The notes beneath the pieces were generated by a model. That model saw only the letters and a program-made list of their open reading frames with translations. It did not search any database and was not told where the DNA came from. A program made the translations under genes and the position numbers. Below are positions 11,502-21,472 of a stretch of 64,000 nucleotides of DNA, piece after piece. Source of the stretch: an uncultured Acidimicrobiales bacterium (lineage in GTDB: Bacteria; Actinomycetota; Acidimicrobiia; Acidimicrobiales; VFJN01); assembly GCA_963830865.1 (NCBI GenBank), contig CAWHNU010000007.1, forward strand, positions 229,315-293,314, written 5' to 3'. Each line of letters begins with the position of its first letter. Position 1 is the stretch's first letter.

Positions 11502-12336
11502 ACCCGGTCGCGTAGGTGACGGCGATCGTGCCGCCGTCGCGGAGCAGGTCGAGCCGGCCGGCCGCGACCTCGAACGTGCGGGCCAGCGCGAGCGCGTTCA
11601 GGTAGTCGGACTGCTGCTGGTCGAGCTCCATCGTGCCGCAGGCGGCGAGGGTCGTCGTCAGCGGGCCGATCGTGATGTTCTCGCCGTCGATCTCGTACGG
11701 GCCGTTGAAGGTGTTGCAGCCCGTGTTGCCGCTGACCGTGCCGTCGCTGTTGAACTCGGCCGTGAGCGACACGCCGCCCAGCACCGACGTCACCGCGGTG
11801 CCGGCGTAGTAGCTGGTCACCTCCCACTGGCCCTGGATGGCCTCGGCGGGGTCGGTCGCCTCGTACGTCAGGACCGTCTCGCCCCCGTCGTCGGCCAGGG
11901 TGAGCGTGTCGCCGTCGATCGTGAAGCTGGCGACCTTGGGCAGCCGGGAGAGGTACGCCTGCTCGACCGCCATCTGCGGTGCCGGGCACGCCATGTTGGT
12001 GCTGGCGATGTTCGGGCCGATCGTGAGGGCGTCGCCGTCGACCTCGTAGGTGCCGTTGTACTCGTTGCAGCCGCTGCGGCCGCTGAGCTTGCCGTCCTCG
12101 AACCGGGCCGTCACGCCGGCCCCGGCCAGCGCCACGCCGAGCGGCGCGTCCGCGGTCAGCTGCCAGGTCGTCCCCTCGAGCGGCGTGCCGCCCGACTCGT
12201 CGGACGAGCTGGTCTCGGCATCGTCGTCGTCGCCGCACCCGGAGGCGACCAGCACGAGGACGCCGCACAGGCACACCATGACGCGCAGGAGCGACACCCG
12301 GCGGCGGGGCGGGACAGGCGGCGGAGCGGGACTCAT
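11500..12336 (-). CDS. Lipoprotein with two META (HslJ-like) domains
   Basis: Lipobox ASGC-GDDD; duplicated SG.(S/T)GCN...Y..DG..(L/I)TIGP...T..AC. Confidence 0.85.
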   Translation of the reverse strand: MSPAPPPVPPRRRVSLLRVMVCLCGVLVLVASGCGDDDDAETSSSDESGGTPLEGTTWQLTADAPLGVALAGAGVTARFEDGKLSGRSGCNEYNGTYEVDGDALTIGPNIASTNMACPAPQMAVEQAYLSRLPKVASFTIDGDTLTLADDGGETVLTYEATDPAEAIQGQWEVTSYYAGTAVTSVLGGVSLTAEFNSDGTVSGNTGCNTFNGPYEIDGENITIGPLTTTLAACGTMELDQQQSDYLNALALARTFEVAAGRLDLLRDGGTIAVTYATG

Positions 12337-12370
12337 GCCGCCAGTCTCTGCGCGCGTGGCCCGGCGGGGT

Positions 12371-13300
12371 TCACCCGAAGGGGGTGACAGTGATCGTAAA
12401 GCTTGCAGTGAAGCCGTCGCCCGGGGCGACCAGGGCCGCGGTCCCGTCCACCAGCGCGTTGGTGGCGGCGGTCATCGGCTCGAGCGCCGCGAACGGCCGG
12501 CCGGGCGGGACCCAGACCTGGGCGTGGGAGTACCCGGGGCCCACCCGCACCGCGACCGACGAGCCGTCGTCCGCCGCGAGCGCGAGGCGCCGGTCGCGGG
12601 CCAGCAGGTAGAGGTCGTCGTAGGTGCGCCGCCCGATCCGGTCGGACTCCCGGGGCTCGGGCGCCGCATCGCCGGTCGGGATGCCCCGGTCGTCGAGGGC
12701 CAGATGCGTGCGCGTCGGCAGGTCGAGGCGCCAGCGGCCGCGCGGCGTGCCCGGGACCCGCAGGTAGGGGTGCCAGCCGAACGCCACCGGCACGCGCCGG
12801 CGGCCGGTCGGGATCACCGTCGTGTCGACCGTGAGCCGCCCGTCGCGGGCGGCGACCGCGACCTCGATCCGGTGCGGGAACGGGAACGCCGGCGCATCGA
12901 CGTCGATGGCGGCCCGCAGGCGGGCGACCCCGCCCCGGGCGGCCCGGTGCTCGACCCGCCAGCCCGGTCGCCCGACCAGCAGCCCGTGGATCGGCAGGCC
13001 GCGCCCGTCGGTGCGCAGCGGGAGGCCGGCCAGGTCGACGCCGGCGCCCGCGGCGCGGTAGCGCCACGCGCTCAGCCGGTTCGCCCACGGTGCCAGCAGC
13101 GGGAGCCCGAGCGTGGCCCCCGAGCGCAGGGCGGGCAGCCCGCCGGGCAGCGCCAGGTGCTCCCGACCCCGCTGGCTGAGCGACACGCCGGTCATGCCCA
13201 GGTCGGGGAGGAAGGTGGCCGACAGCTCGCCCGCAGTCAGGACCACCGCAGGCACGCCCCGGAACCGGCCCTCCTCGACGGCGCTGTCCGGCCCGGTCAC
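12371..13300 (-). CDS. Aldose 1-epimerase family protein
   Basis: LLAPWANRL, PIHG, FGWHPY, ALEPMT. Confidence 0.85.
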   Translation of the reverse strand: MTGPDSAVEEGRFRGVPAVVLTAGELSATFLPDLGMTGVSLSQRGREHLALPGGLPALRSGATLGLPLLAPWANRLSAWRYRAAGAGVDLAGLPLRTDGRGLPIHGLLVGRPGWRVEHRAARGGVARLRAAIDVDAPAFPFPHRIEVAVAARDGRLTVDTTVIPTGRRRVPVAFGWHPYLRVPGTPRGRWRLDLPTRTHLALDDRGIPTGDAAPEPRESDRIGRRTYDDLYLLARDRRLALAADDGSSVAVRVGPGYSHAQVWVPPGRPFAALEPMTAATNALVDGTAALVAPGDGFTASFTITVTPFG

Positions 13301-13339
13301 CGCGACTCCCCGGCGGCCGCCAGGGTCACCCACCCGGGG

Positions 13340-13549
13340 CGCAGCTTCGAGGAGATCCAGCACGCCGCCCAGGGATCGATCGCCCCGGTGACAAGCGCCA
13401 TCTTCATCCTCCTGGCCGTGGGTGCCCTCATCGGCGTCTGGAACCTGTCGGGCACGATCCCGACCCTCGTCTACTACGGCATCCAAGCGCTGTCGCCCGG
13501 TTGGTACGACGCGGCGGCCACCCTCATCTGCGGGGTCGTGGCGCTCGGT
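13340..13549 (+). pseudogene. Internal fragment of an NhaC-family Na+/H+ antiporter
   Basis: AIFILLAVGALIGVWNLSGTIPTLVYYGIQALSP; about 70 codons with no proper start or end. Confidence 0.7.
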
Positions 13550-13643
13550 CGGGCCGGGGTGACGCGACCGGACCGCCGCCAGTCCCGCTGCGGGGCCCCG
13601 GGGAGACGGGCCCGGCGCCGGGACTGGTCGGCGGGGTGTCCCG

Positions 13644-15017
13644 TCAGCCGGCCGGCACGATGTTCTGGTTGAGGTGGAAGACGTTGTCGGGGTCGTAGGC
13701 CTGCTTGACCTTGGCCAGGCGGGCGTAGCTGCGCCCGTAGTTGGCCTCGACCCGCCCGGCGTCGTCGGCGGCCATGAAGTTCACGTAGCCGCCCTCACTG
13801 CCCGAGTAGGGGTGGATGGCGTCGTAGTAGTCGCGCACCCACCGGGTGTTGGCCACGTTGTCGGCCGGGTCCGGCCAGGCGCCGACGATCACCGCGGCGA
13901 ACGACTTGTCGCGGTGGCCGAACGCGGTCTCGTCCGGACCGACCCGCTGTGCCGCCCCGTTGATCGGGTACATGTGCATCGTCGAGTGGACGGCTGGGAT
14001 GTCCTTGGCCTGCGCATGGTGGACGGAGATGGCCTCGTCGGTGAGGTCCCGCACGAAGTCGGCCTTCCAGTACTGCTGCAGGCCGTCGGGGTACAGGCCG
14101 TCGAACGCGCTGTTGAGCGCCGGATACGGCATCGGTCCCACGTGGGCGGCCTTGACCTCGGCGACCTCGTACAACGGAGCCAGCACCCGGTCGGCCTCGT
14201 CGGCCGGGCCGGTCCAGCAGGGGACCAGCGCGCAGAACAGGTCGCCGACCCGGTCCTCGGGGATGAACGGCAGCGGCGGGGCCACCTGCCAGCCGAAGAA
14301 CAAGCCGAGCGCCTCGGGGGCGGTGGCGATGAAGTCCCGGTAGAACCGCATGACGGTCTCGGCGTCCTCGTACTCGTAGAGCAGGGGGCCACCGACGATG
14401 GTGCCGACCGGGTGGAGCTGGAACTCCATGCTGGTGACGACGCCGAAGTTGCCGCCGCCGCCCCGCAGGGCCCAGAACAGGTCCTCGTGTTGGTAGTCGC
14501 TGGCGGTGACCAGCTGGCCATCGGCGGTCACGACGTCGGCCGAGAGCAGGTTGTCGCACGACAGGCCGTGTGCCCGCGCCAGATAGCCGATCCCGCCGCC
14601 GAGCGTGAGCCCCGCGACCCCGGTCGTCGAGATGATGCCGCCCGTGGTGGCGAGGCCGAAGGGGTGCGTGGCGTGGTCCAGGTCGCCCCAGGTCGCCCCG
14701 CCGCCGACGCGGGCCCGGCGGTTGGCAGGGTCGACGTGGACGTCGTGCATGCCGGACATGTCGATGACGATGCCGCCGTCGGTCGTCCCGAAGCCGGGGA
14801 CGCTGTGGCCGCCGCCCCGGACGGCGATGTCCAGCCCGGCCTCCCGCCCCGCCGCCACCGCGGCGACGACATCCGCCGCGTCGCGGCTGCGCACGATGAT
14901 CGTGGGTCGGCGGTCGTGCATGCCGTTGTGTACCGCCCGCGCCGCGTCGTAGTCGGCGTCGCCAGGTCGGATGAGTTGGCCGCGGACGGTGCCGTCCAGT
15001 TGCTCGAGTGCCGTCAT
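13644..15017 (-). CDS. FAD-linked oxidoreductase (BBE / 6-hydroxy-D-nicotine oxidase-like)
   Basis: RGGGHS, GLTLGGGIGY, LFWALRGGGGNFG, YVNF, YDPDNVFHLNQNI. Confidence 0.9.
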   Translation of the reverse strand: MTALEQLDGTVRGQLIRPGDADYDAARAVHNGMHDRRPTIIVRSRDAADVVAAVAAGREAGLDIAVRGGGHSVPGFGTTDGGIVIDMSGMHDVHVDPANRRARVGGGATWGDLDHATHPFGLATTGGIISTTGVAGLTLGGGIGYLARAHGLSCDNLLSADVVTADGQLVTASDYQHEDLFWALRGGGGNFGVVTSMEFQLHPVGTIVGGPLLYEYEDAETVMRFYRDFIATAPEALGLFFGWQVAPPLPFIPEDRVGDLFCALVPCWTGPADEADRVLAPLYEVAEVKAAHVGPMPYPALNSAFDGLYPDGLQQYWKADFVRDLTDEAISVHHAQAKDIPAVHSTMHMYPINGAAQRVGPDETAFGHRDKSFAAVIVGAWPDPADNVANTRWVRDYYDAIHPYSGSEGGYVNFMAADDAGRVEANYGRSYARLAKVKQAYDPDNVFHLNQNIVPAG

Positions 15018-15048
15018 GGTCGCCTCTCTTGCCAAGGGTCTTGGTGAC

Positions 15049-15113
15049 AGCGTGGCGATCGGGCGTTCCTCAGGCGTTCCGCGGGCCGGCGCTCGGTGTC
15101 TCGGAGACGTTCC
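15049..15113 (-). promoter_or_regulatory. SARP-type heptamer repeats plus candidate -10 of the oxidoreductase promoter
   Basis: GGAACGY at 15107, 15074 and 15063 (33- and 11-bp phasing), 8 nt before CACGCT. Confidence 0.65.
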
Positions 15114-15128
15114 CCGGGCCGTTCGGGC

Positions 15129-18100
15129 TCAGACCGGCAGGCCGGCCAGCTCGCGCTCCAGCCGCACGAGCTCGGGCTCGAGATAGAGCTGATCGTGGGC
15201 GCGGGTCCAGGCCAGCGCCTCGGCCACCACGTCCCGGGCCGCCGCGACGCGTCCGGCGCGCGCGTGGGCGCGGGCGAGAAGGGTCAATCCGTACGTGAGG
15301 TGGAGGGTTTGGTCCTCGGCGCGCAGCCCCTCGACGGCCTCGGCCAGCGGCCCGCCGTTCCCGCTGGGGTCTTCCTGGAGGTCGAGCCACGCCCGCAGCA
15401 CGCGCCCGACGGCGACGAACGAGCCGATCGGCTGGCGGTCGAAGAGCGCCTCGGCCTGGGTGACGTGCGCCGCGAGGGTGGCGAGGTCGCCCGCCTCCGC
15501 GCTGATCATGGCCGAGTACGTCAGCACGTAGCTCTCGGTCATCGGATGGCCGAGAGCGCGGGCCACCGCGTGGGCCTCGGCGGCGAGTGCCGCGCCTCGC
15601 TCGGCGTCGCCGGAGAACCACAGCGTCAGGCCCAGCCGGACGAGGCAGACGGCGAGGGGGTCCTGGGCGTAGCGGGCGCGGTGGTCGGGCCCCAGCTCCG
15701 GCTGGTAGTCCCGCACGGCGGCCTCGAGGTGCGATCGCGAGGCCGCGAGGTCGCCGCGCCAGAAGGAGCTCACACCGGTCAGGTAGTGGCCCTCGACCAC
15801 GGCGATCGGATCGTCGCCCGCGGTGGCGAGGAGGGCGGCGCCCTGGCTGGCGGACACGTCGAACCGGCAGGCCATGATGGCGGCAAGTCCGAGCCCGCGG
15901 CGCACCGGCGGGGTCAGGGGGCGGCCGAGCCGCCGGGCCAGGGCCGAGGCGCGCTCGTAGACGTCCTGGGCCGCGGGTGATCCGTAGCCGTCCCGGGCCA
16001 CCAGCGGGACGCCCAACTCCTGGCGCAGGTCGAGCTCCAGCGCGTCCCGGGCGGGACCGCCCGCCTGCGACTCGAGCAGGCCGAGGGCCTGGCGCAGCGA
16101 CGCGATCGCGTCGTCGAGGGCGTAGACCTCGAGGGACCACGCCGACGCCCGCCGCAGCGCGGTCGATCGCGTCGGGCACGCAGCCCGGCCGCCACGAAGT
16201 GCCCGGCCAGCCGGGCGCTGACCGGACCGGGGTCCTCGGCGTGCGCCGAGACCAGGCCTTGCGCGATGGCCCGGTGGAGGCGGCGCCGGCGTGCGGGGCT
16301 GACCGAGTCCGCTGCTACCCGGCGGATCAGGTCGTGGCTGAAGTCGTAGGCGCCCCGGCGTTCACGCAGGATGCGGTGGCGCCACAGCTCGTCCACCGGT
16401 TCGATCAGCTCGTGCGCGTCCGTACCCGTCGCCGCCGCCAGCTCGTCCAGCGTGACGTGCCGGCCGACGATCGCCGCCACCTCGGCGAGATCGCCGGCCG
16501 CCGGCGACAGGCGGCTGAGGCGCGAGCGGATGACGGCCTGGACGGTCGGCGTGATGGGGAGGGCGTCGGCCAGCCCGTCGAAGCCGGCCCGGACCGCCTC
16601 GACCACGAACAGGGGATTGCCGTCGGTCGCGACGAATACACGCTGGGCCTCGGCCCGGTTCAGTGCCCGGCCCGTGAGTCGGCTCGCCAGCTCGGCCGTG
16701 GCGTCGGCGTCCAGACGGCCCAGCCCCAGCCGGGTGACGGTGCCTTCACGGGCCAAGGCGTCGGCGAGCCGGATCGCCGGATGCGCGGTGTCGACCTCGT
16801 CGTCCCGCAACGTGGCAGCCACCAGCACCGGGGCGGTCGGGAACGTGCGCACGACGAACCCGATGGCGTCGATGCTGTCCTCGTCGCACCACTGCAGGTC
16901 GTCGACCGCCAGCAGCAGCGGGCCGCCACCGGTCAGCGCCCGGCCGACGGCGTCGAGCAGACGGCGGCGCTCGAGCCCGTCCGTGGCGGCGCCGACGAAC
17001 AGGCCCCCAGCCTCCGGGGCCGCCGGTGCGCCGGGCTCGACCAGCTCCGGAACCAGGCGGCCCAGCTGGTCGCGCCAGGCGGGGGCCAGCTCGGCCAGCT
17101 GGCCCGCCATCGCGTCGCTGCGCAGCCAGTCGATGACCGGGCCCCAGGGGAGGCGCCCGCCGGTCTCGTACGCTCGGGACCGCGCCACGCGGGCCCCCGC
17201 CCCCGACGCGGCGCGGGCCAGCTCGTCGAGCAGGCGGGTCTTGCCCACGCCGGCCTCGCCGCTCACCACCAGGAGCTGGGCGCGGCCGTCCGCAGCCGCC
17301 CGCCAGGTCGCCAGCGCTGCTCGACCACTCCGTGGCGCGTCCGACCAGCCCGGGCGCAGGGCGTGTCGCGGCCGGTGACGCCGACCCCCGGGTCCCGGCC
17401 GCGGGCTCGGTGCCGGCACCGGTGTCCGCCCGGAGCGAGGCGTAGATCCTGCGGGTCGCCGCGCCGGGCTCGACGTCGAGCTCGGCGGCGAGCATTTCGA
17501 CGCACGCGTGGTAGAGGCGCACGGCGGCGGCGCGTTCGCCCCGGCGAGCGTGGGCCTCCATGAGCAGACGGTAGGCGTCCTCGGCCAGGGGGTCGAGGGC
17601 CAGCAGCCGCCGGCCCCAGCCGAGCGCGGCGTCGTCGTCGCCCTCCGCGACGGCGGCGGCGACCAACTTGCGCAGGCAGTCCCCCGCCCGGTCCGCCAGG
17701 CGCCGCCTCTCCACCAGCACCGCGTCGGCGTACGAGCCGGGCAGGAGGTCGCCGCGGTAGTGGTCCATCGCCGCGGCCAGCTCGCCGGCATCGCTGGCCG
17801 CCAGGAAGGCGAGCACGTCCACGTACGCGGGGGCGTCCGGTCGCCACCGCACCCGGGTCGGGCCGATCTCGACGTAGCGCGCCACGTCGGGCAGGGCGCG
17901 CCGCAGGTCGTGCAGCAGATGGCGCAGGTTGGTGCGGGCCTGCGGCTCGGTGGAGTCGGGCCACAGCTCGAAGGCCAGGGCCGACCGGTCCAGCCCGTCG
18001 CCCGCAAGCACGAGCCGCGCCGCCAGCTCGCGGAGGCGGGCCGACTCGAAGCCGCCGAGCTCCGCGCCGTCGGCGACGACGGTGAAGCCGCCGAGCAGGC

Positions 18101-18143
18101 GGATGGTCAAGCGGGACCCTGATGCGTGGGGAGGCACAGGCAC
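15129..18143 (-). CDS. AfsR/SARP-like regulator (wHTH-BTAD + AAA ATPase + helical C-terminus), frameshifted near 17330 and 16150-16180
   Basis: IRLLGGF, LWPDS..QARTNLRHLL, DPLAEDAYRLLM, Walker A GEAGVGKT, DDLQW, GNPLF; spread over several frames. Confidence 0.82.
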
Positions 18144-18264
18144 GGGACGACACCTCGCCGGGAGCGCGCCCCGGAGCGCAGGGCCGCCCGACCGAGTAGA
18201 CCCAGGCTCCCACACGGCGGTCGCCGCCGCATGGGAGCCGTAGCGTGGACGCCGGTGGGGCGTC

Positions 18265-18288
18265 TCGCGTTTTGTCCGGGGACAAAAC
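18265..18288. repeat. Internally deleted REP-like hairpin (family B)
   Basis: TCGCGTTTTGTCC-GG-GGACAAAAC matches the outer arms of the 51749 copy. Confidence 0.7.
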
Positions 18289-18292
18289 CCTT

Positions 18293-19345
18293 CTAGCTCG
18301 CCGGCACCCACCCGTGCGGGAGCGGGAGCGGGATGTCCGTGTAGGTGACGATGCCCGGTGGGGCGGCCACCACGTGGGGGATGGCGTTGATCGCCGGCAT
18401 CGCCGTCATGATCATCCCGAGGACCATGAAGTCGGCGAACGTCGTCGCCTCGAAGTCCGGCGGCGGGAGGAACTGCAGGGTCGTGCGGACCGTCGGGCGG
18501 CCGGCGACCTCGATGACGTAGCCCTCCTCGATCTGCCAGTCGGGGTCGAGGGCCTGGCCCTTGCGCCAGCGGACCGTCAGCTCGACCACCGTGCGGTCGC
18601 CGACCCGGCCCTGCCAGCTCGCCGCGATGCCGGCCACGCAGCCCGCCGGGATCGTCCACGACTCCAGGACCACGTCCTCCGTCGCCTGCGCGTACTCCGC
18701 CTCGCACACGATCTCGTCCAGCTCGACGCCCAGCGCGTCGGCGACCAGGGCCACCGCCTCGCCGAAGACCGCGGTGCCCCTCGCGGTCATCGCCGGCAGG
18801 TCCGGGTCGTCGATCGGTCGGGCGAAGCCCGCCGGCAGCTCCGTCGCCGGCGAGTCGTACAGCGTCGTGTCGGCCGACTCGGCGATCGTGACCTTGTCGA
18901 CCCGGTCGCAGAGGTTGGCGGTCACGATCGTCAGCAGCTCGGCGAATCCCGGGTTGATGCCGGTGCCGAACAGCGACGCGCCGCCCCGCTCGCAGGCCTT
19001 GACGAGGCGGTCGCGGTCGGCGGCGTCCAGCGCCCGGCCGTTGATGAAGGCCGCCGTGGTGACCACGTTGACGCCCGACTCCAGGATGCGCACCAGCTCG
19101 CCGACGTCCTGCCACATCGGGTTGTAGACGACGCAGTCGGGGCGCAGGGCCAGCAGCGCGTCCACGTCGTCGCTGGCGGTCACGCCGACCGGGTCGATGC
19201 CGCACAGCTCGCCGACGTCCCGGCCGACCTTGTCGGGTGACCAGGCGTAGCACCCGACCAGCTCCAGGTCCGGGTGGGCGAGGACCGCCCGGACCGACCG
19301 CTTGCCGACGTTGCCCGTCGTCCACTGGACCACGCGTCGCACCAT
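18293..19345 (-). CDS. DapB-like NAD(P)-dependent dehydrogenase (2,4-diaminopentanoate / amine dehydrogenase-like)
   Basis: RVVQWTTGNVG, LFGTGINPGF, TAMPAINAIPHVVAAPPGI. Confidence 0.8.
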   Translation of the reverse strand: MVRRVVQWTTGNVGKRSVRAVLAHPDLELVGCYAWSPDKVGRDVGELCGIDPVGVTASDDVDALLALRPDCVVYNPMWQDVGELVRILESGVNVVTTAAFINGRALDAADRDRLVKACERGGASLFGTGINPGFAELLTIVTANLCDRVDKVTIAESADTTLYDSPATELPAGFARPIDDPDLPAMTARGTAVFGEAVALVADALGVELDEIVCEAEYAQATEDVVLESWTIPAGCVAGIAASWQGRVGDRTVVELTVRWRKGQALDPDWQIEEGYVIEVAGRPTVRTTLQFLPPPDFEATTFADFMVLGMIMTAMPAINAIPHVVAAPPGIVTYTDIPLPLPHGWVPAS

Positions 19346-20088
19346 CAGATGTACATCCCCCCGTTGACGCCGATGACCTGGCCCGTGACGTAGCTGCCGC
19401 CCTCCGAGCACAGGTACGAGCAGGCGGCGGCGATGTCGTCGGGCGTCCCGGCCCGGCCGACGGGCACCATCGGGCCGACCACGTCGACGCCGGGGAAGTC
19501 GCCGGCCGCCTCGGCCGCCCGCGCCATCGGCGTGTCGACCAGGCTCGGCGGGACCGTGTTGACCGTGATGCCGCTGCGGGCGAGCTCGACCGCCAGCGCC
19601 TTGGTCAGCCCGATCACGCCGCCCTTCGACGCCGCATAGTGCGCCATGTTCGGTGCCCCGGACTGGGCGCTCGACGACGCGATCGTGACGATGCGCCCCC
19701 AGCGGGCGGCGAGCATGTCGGGGATGGCGGCCTGGACGCACGCGAACGTGCCGGTGAGGTTGACCCCGACCACGCGGTCCCAGCTGTCGGCGGTGATCTC
19801 GAGCACCGGCTGGAAGGACTCGACGCCCGCGCTGGTGACGAGGATCTCGACCGGCCCCAGCTCGGCCCGCACGCGGTCGAACGCGGCGGCCACCGACGCA
19901 CGGTCGGCCACGTCGAGGGCGACGGCCGCCGCCTTGGCGCCCGACGCCCGCAGCTCGTCGGCCGCGGCCTCGGCCCCGGGCCCGTTGCGGTCGAGGACCG
20001 CGACCGCGTGTCCGTCGGCCGCGAACCGACGGCACACGCCCAGCCCGATGCCCGAGGCGCCGCCGGTGACGACGGCGACCCGGCTCAC
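19345..20088 (-). CDS. Short-chain dehydrogenase/reductase
   Basis: TGGASGIG, YAASK, YVTGQVIGVNGG. Confidence 0.9.
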   Translation of the reverse strand: MSRVAVVTGGASGIGLGVCRRFAADGHAVAVLDRNGPGAEAAADELRASGAKAAAVALDVADRASVAAAFDRVRAELGPVEILVTSAGVESFQPVLEITADSWDRVVGVNLTGTFACVQAAIPDMLAARWGRIVTIASSSAQSGAPNMAHYAASKGGVIGLTKALAVELARSGITVNTVPPSLVDTPMARAAEAAGDFPGVDVVGPMVPVGRAGTPDDIAAACSYLCSEGGSYVTGQVIGVNGGMYI

Positions 20089-21369
20089 GGGCCGCCCACC
20101 GGCTCGAACTCGATGTGCAGCTCGGACAGCCCCCGCAGCACCCAGGTGCGCTCGTAGTGGAACCGGCGGGCGCCGCGGCGGGCCGTGGTGCTCCTCGGAC
20201 AGGCGGATGTCGCGCATCCGGTCGAGGATGCGCTCCAGGCTCACCCGGCCCTCGACGCGGGCCAGCGGCCCGCCGGGGCACGAGTGCGGCCCCCGGCCGA
20301 ACGCGATGTGGGCCCCGGCGTTGGGTCGGTCGAGGCGGAAGTCGTGCGGGCACTCGAACCGCCCGGGGTCGCGGTTGGCGGCCCCGTTCAGCAGCATGAC
20401 CGGCGTGCCGGCGGGGATCTCGACGCCGCCGATCACGGTGGTGCGCCGGGCGAGGCGGAAGTCGGCCTTCACCGGGCTCTCGACCCGCAGCGCCTCGTCG
20501 ATGAAGGCGGGGATCCGGTCGTGATCCGCCCGCAGCTCGTCCTGGATCTCGGGGTGCTCGGCCAGGTGCTTCAGCGACGTGGCGAGCAGCCGGGCCGTCG
20601 TCTCCTGGCCGGCGGCGAACAGGAAGGTGGCCGTGCGCACGACGTTGGTGACCTCGGGGGTGCTGCCGTCGGGATAGGTCGCCAGCGCGAGCTCGGTCAA
20701 AACGTCCTTGCGGGGCTGCCGGCGCCGGTCCTCGATGTAGGCCGCGAACCAGTCGTCGAGCCAGGCCAACGGGTTCCCGCCGGGGCTGCCCCGCTTGCCC
20801 TCGCCGACCTTGCCGACCCCCTTGAGCAGGCCGAAGCCCTCCCGGAAGCGCTGGTGGTCCTCCTCGGGCACGCCGAGCACGTCGGCGACGACCAGCATGG
20901 CGAAGGGCTGGGAGTAGGCGCCGATGAACTCGCACCGGCCGTCGGCGACGAACTCGTCGAGCTGCCGCTCGGCCAGGCGCCACATGAACGCCTCGTTGTC
21001 CCGCAGGCGCCGCGGCGTGAGCAGCCGCATGATCAGCGCCCGCTCGCGGGTGTGGTCGGGCGGGTCCATCGTGACCATGTGCTCGTGCATCGGCAGCTGG
21101 TCGCGGTAGCGGTCGATCAGCGCCGACACGTCGTCGCCCTCGAGCGGCACCGGGAACTGGGCGAACGGGCCGATCACCGAGTTGCACGACGAGAACGTCT
21201 CGACGTTCCGGTAGACCTCGTTGGCCTCCTCGTAGCCGGTCACGGCGACCACGCCGTGGTGGGGGAGCGGCAGGACGGGGCACTCGGCCCGCAGCGCCTC
21301 GAAGTACGGATACGGGTCGTCGACGAGCGATTCGTCGAAGAAGAAATCGGCGGACTTCAGGTCCCCCAC
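20085..21369 (-). CDS. Cytochrome P450 (CYP150-like), frameshift near 20170
   Basis: AAGQETT, EALR, FGRGPHSCPG; true C-terminus RRFHYERTWVLRGLSELHIEF lies in another frame and ends in a GTGA overlap. Confidence 0.9.
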
Positions 21370-21424
21370 GGACGGCCCTCCCCTTCAGCGGTCACGGACC
21401 CAGTGCTGTGCGATCGCACAGCAC

Positions 21425-21444
21425 TGCTGAGCAGTTGCTTAGCA
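21425..21444. promoter_or_regulatory. Palindromic operator upstream of the P450 operon
   Basis: TGCTGAGCAGTTGCTTAGCA, 16 of 20 positions self-complementary. Confidence 0.6.
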
Positions 21445-21472
21445 TCGGACGGGACGGTGGGGCAAGGTGGCA

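Noticed and set aside
12371-13300. Aldose epimerase as part of the rhamnose pathway
   Set aside because: The operon already has rhaM, and unrelated genes intervene
16746-21283. Long ORFs joining dehydrogenase, P450 and regulator regions
   Set aside because: Mostly Arg/Pro/Gly-rich off-frame sequence typical of very high-GC DNA
19345-21369. 674-aa P450-SDR fusion in the ORF track
   Set aside because: A 1-nt slip near 20170; the proper P450 C-terminus, matching the paralogue, is in another frame and ends in a GTGA overlap with the SDR start
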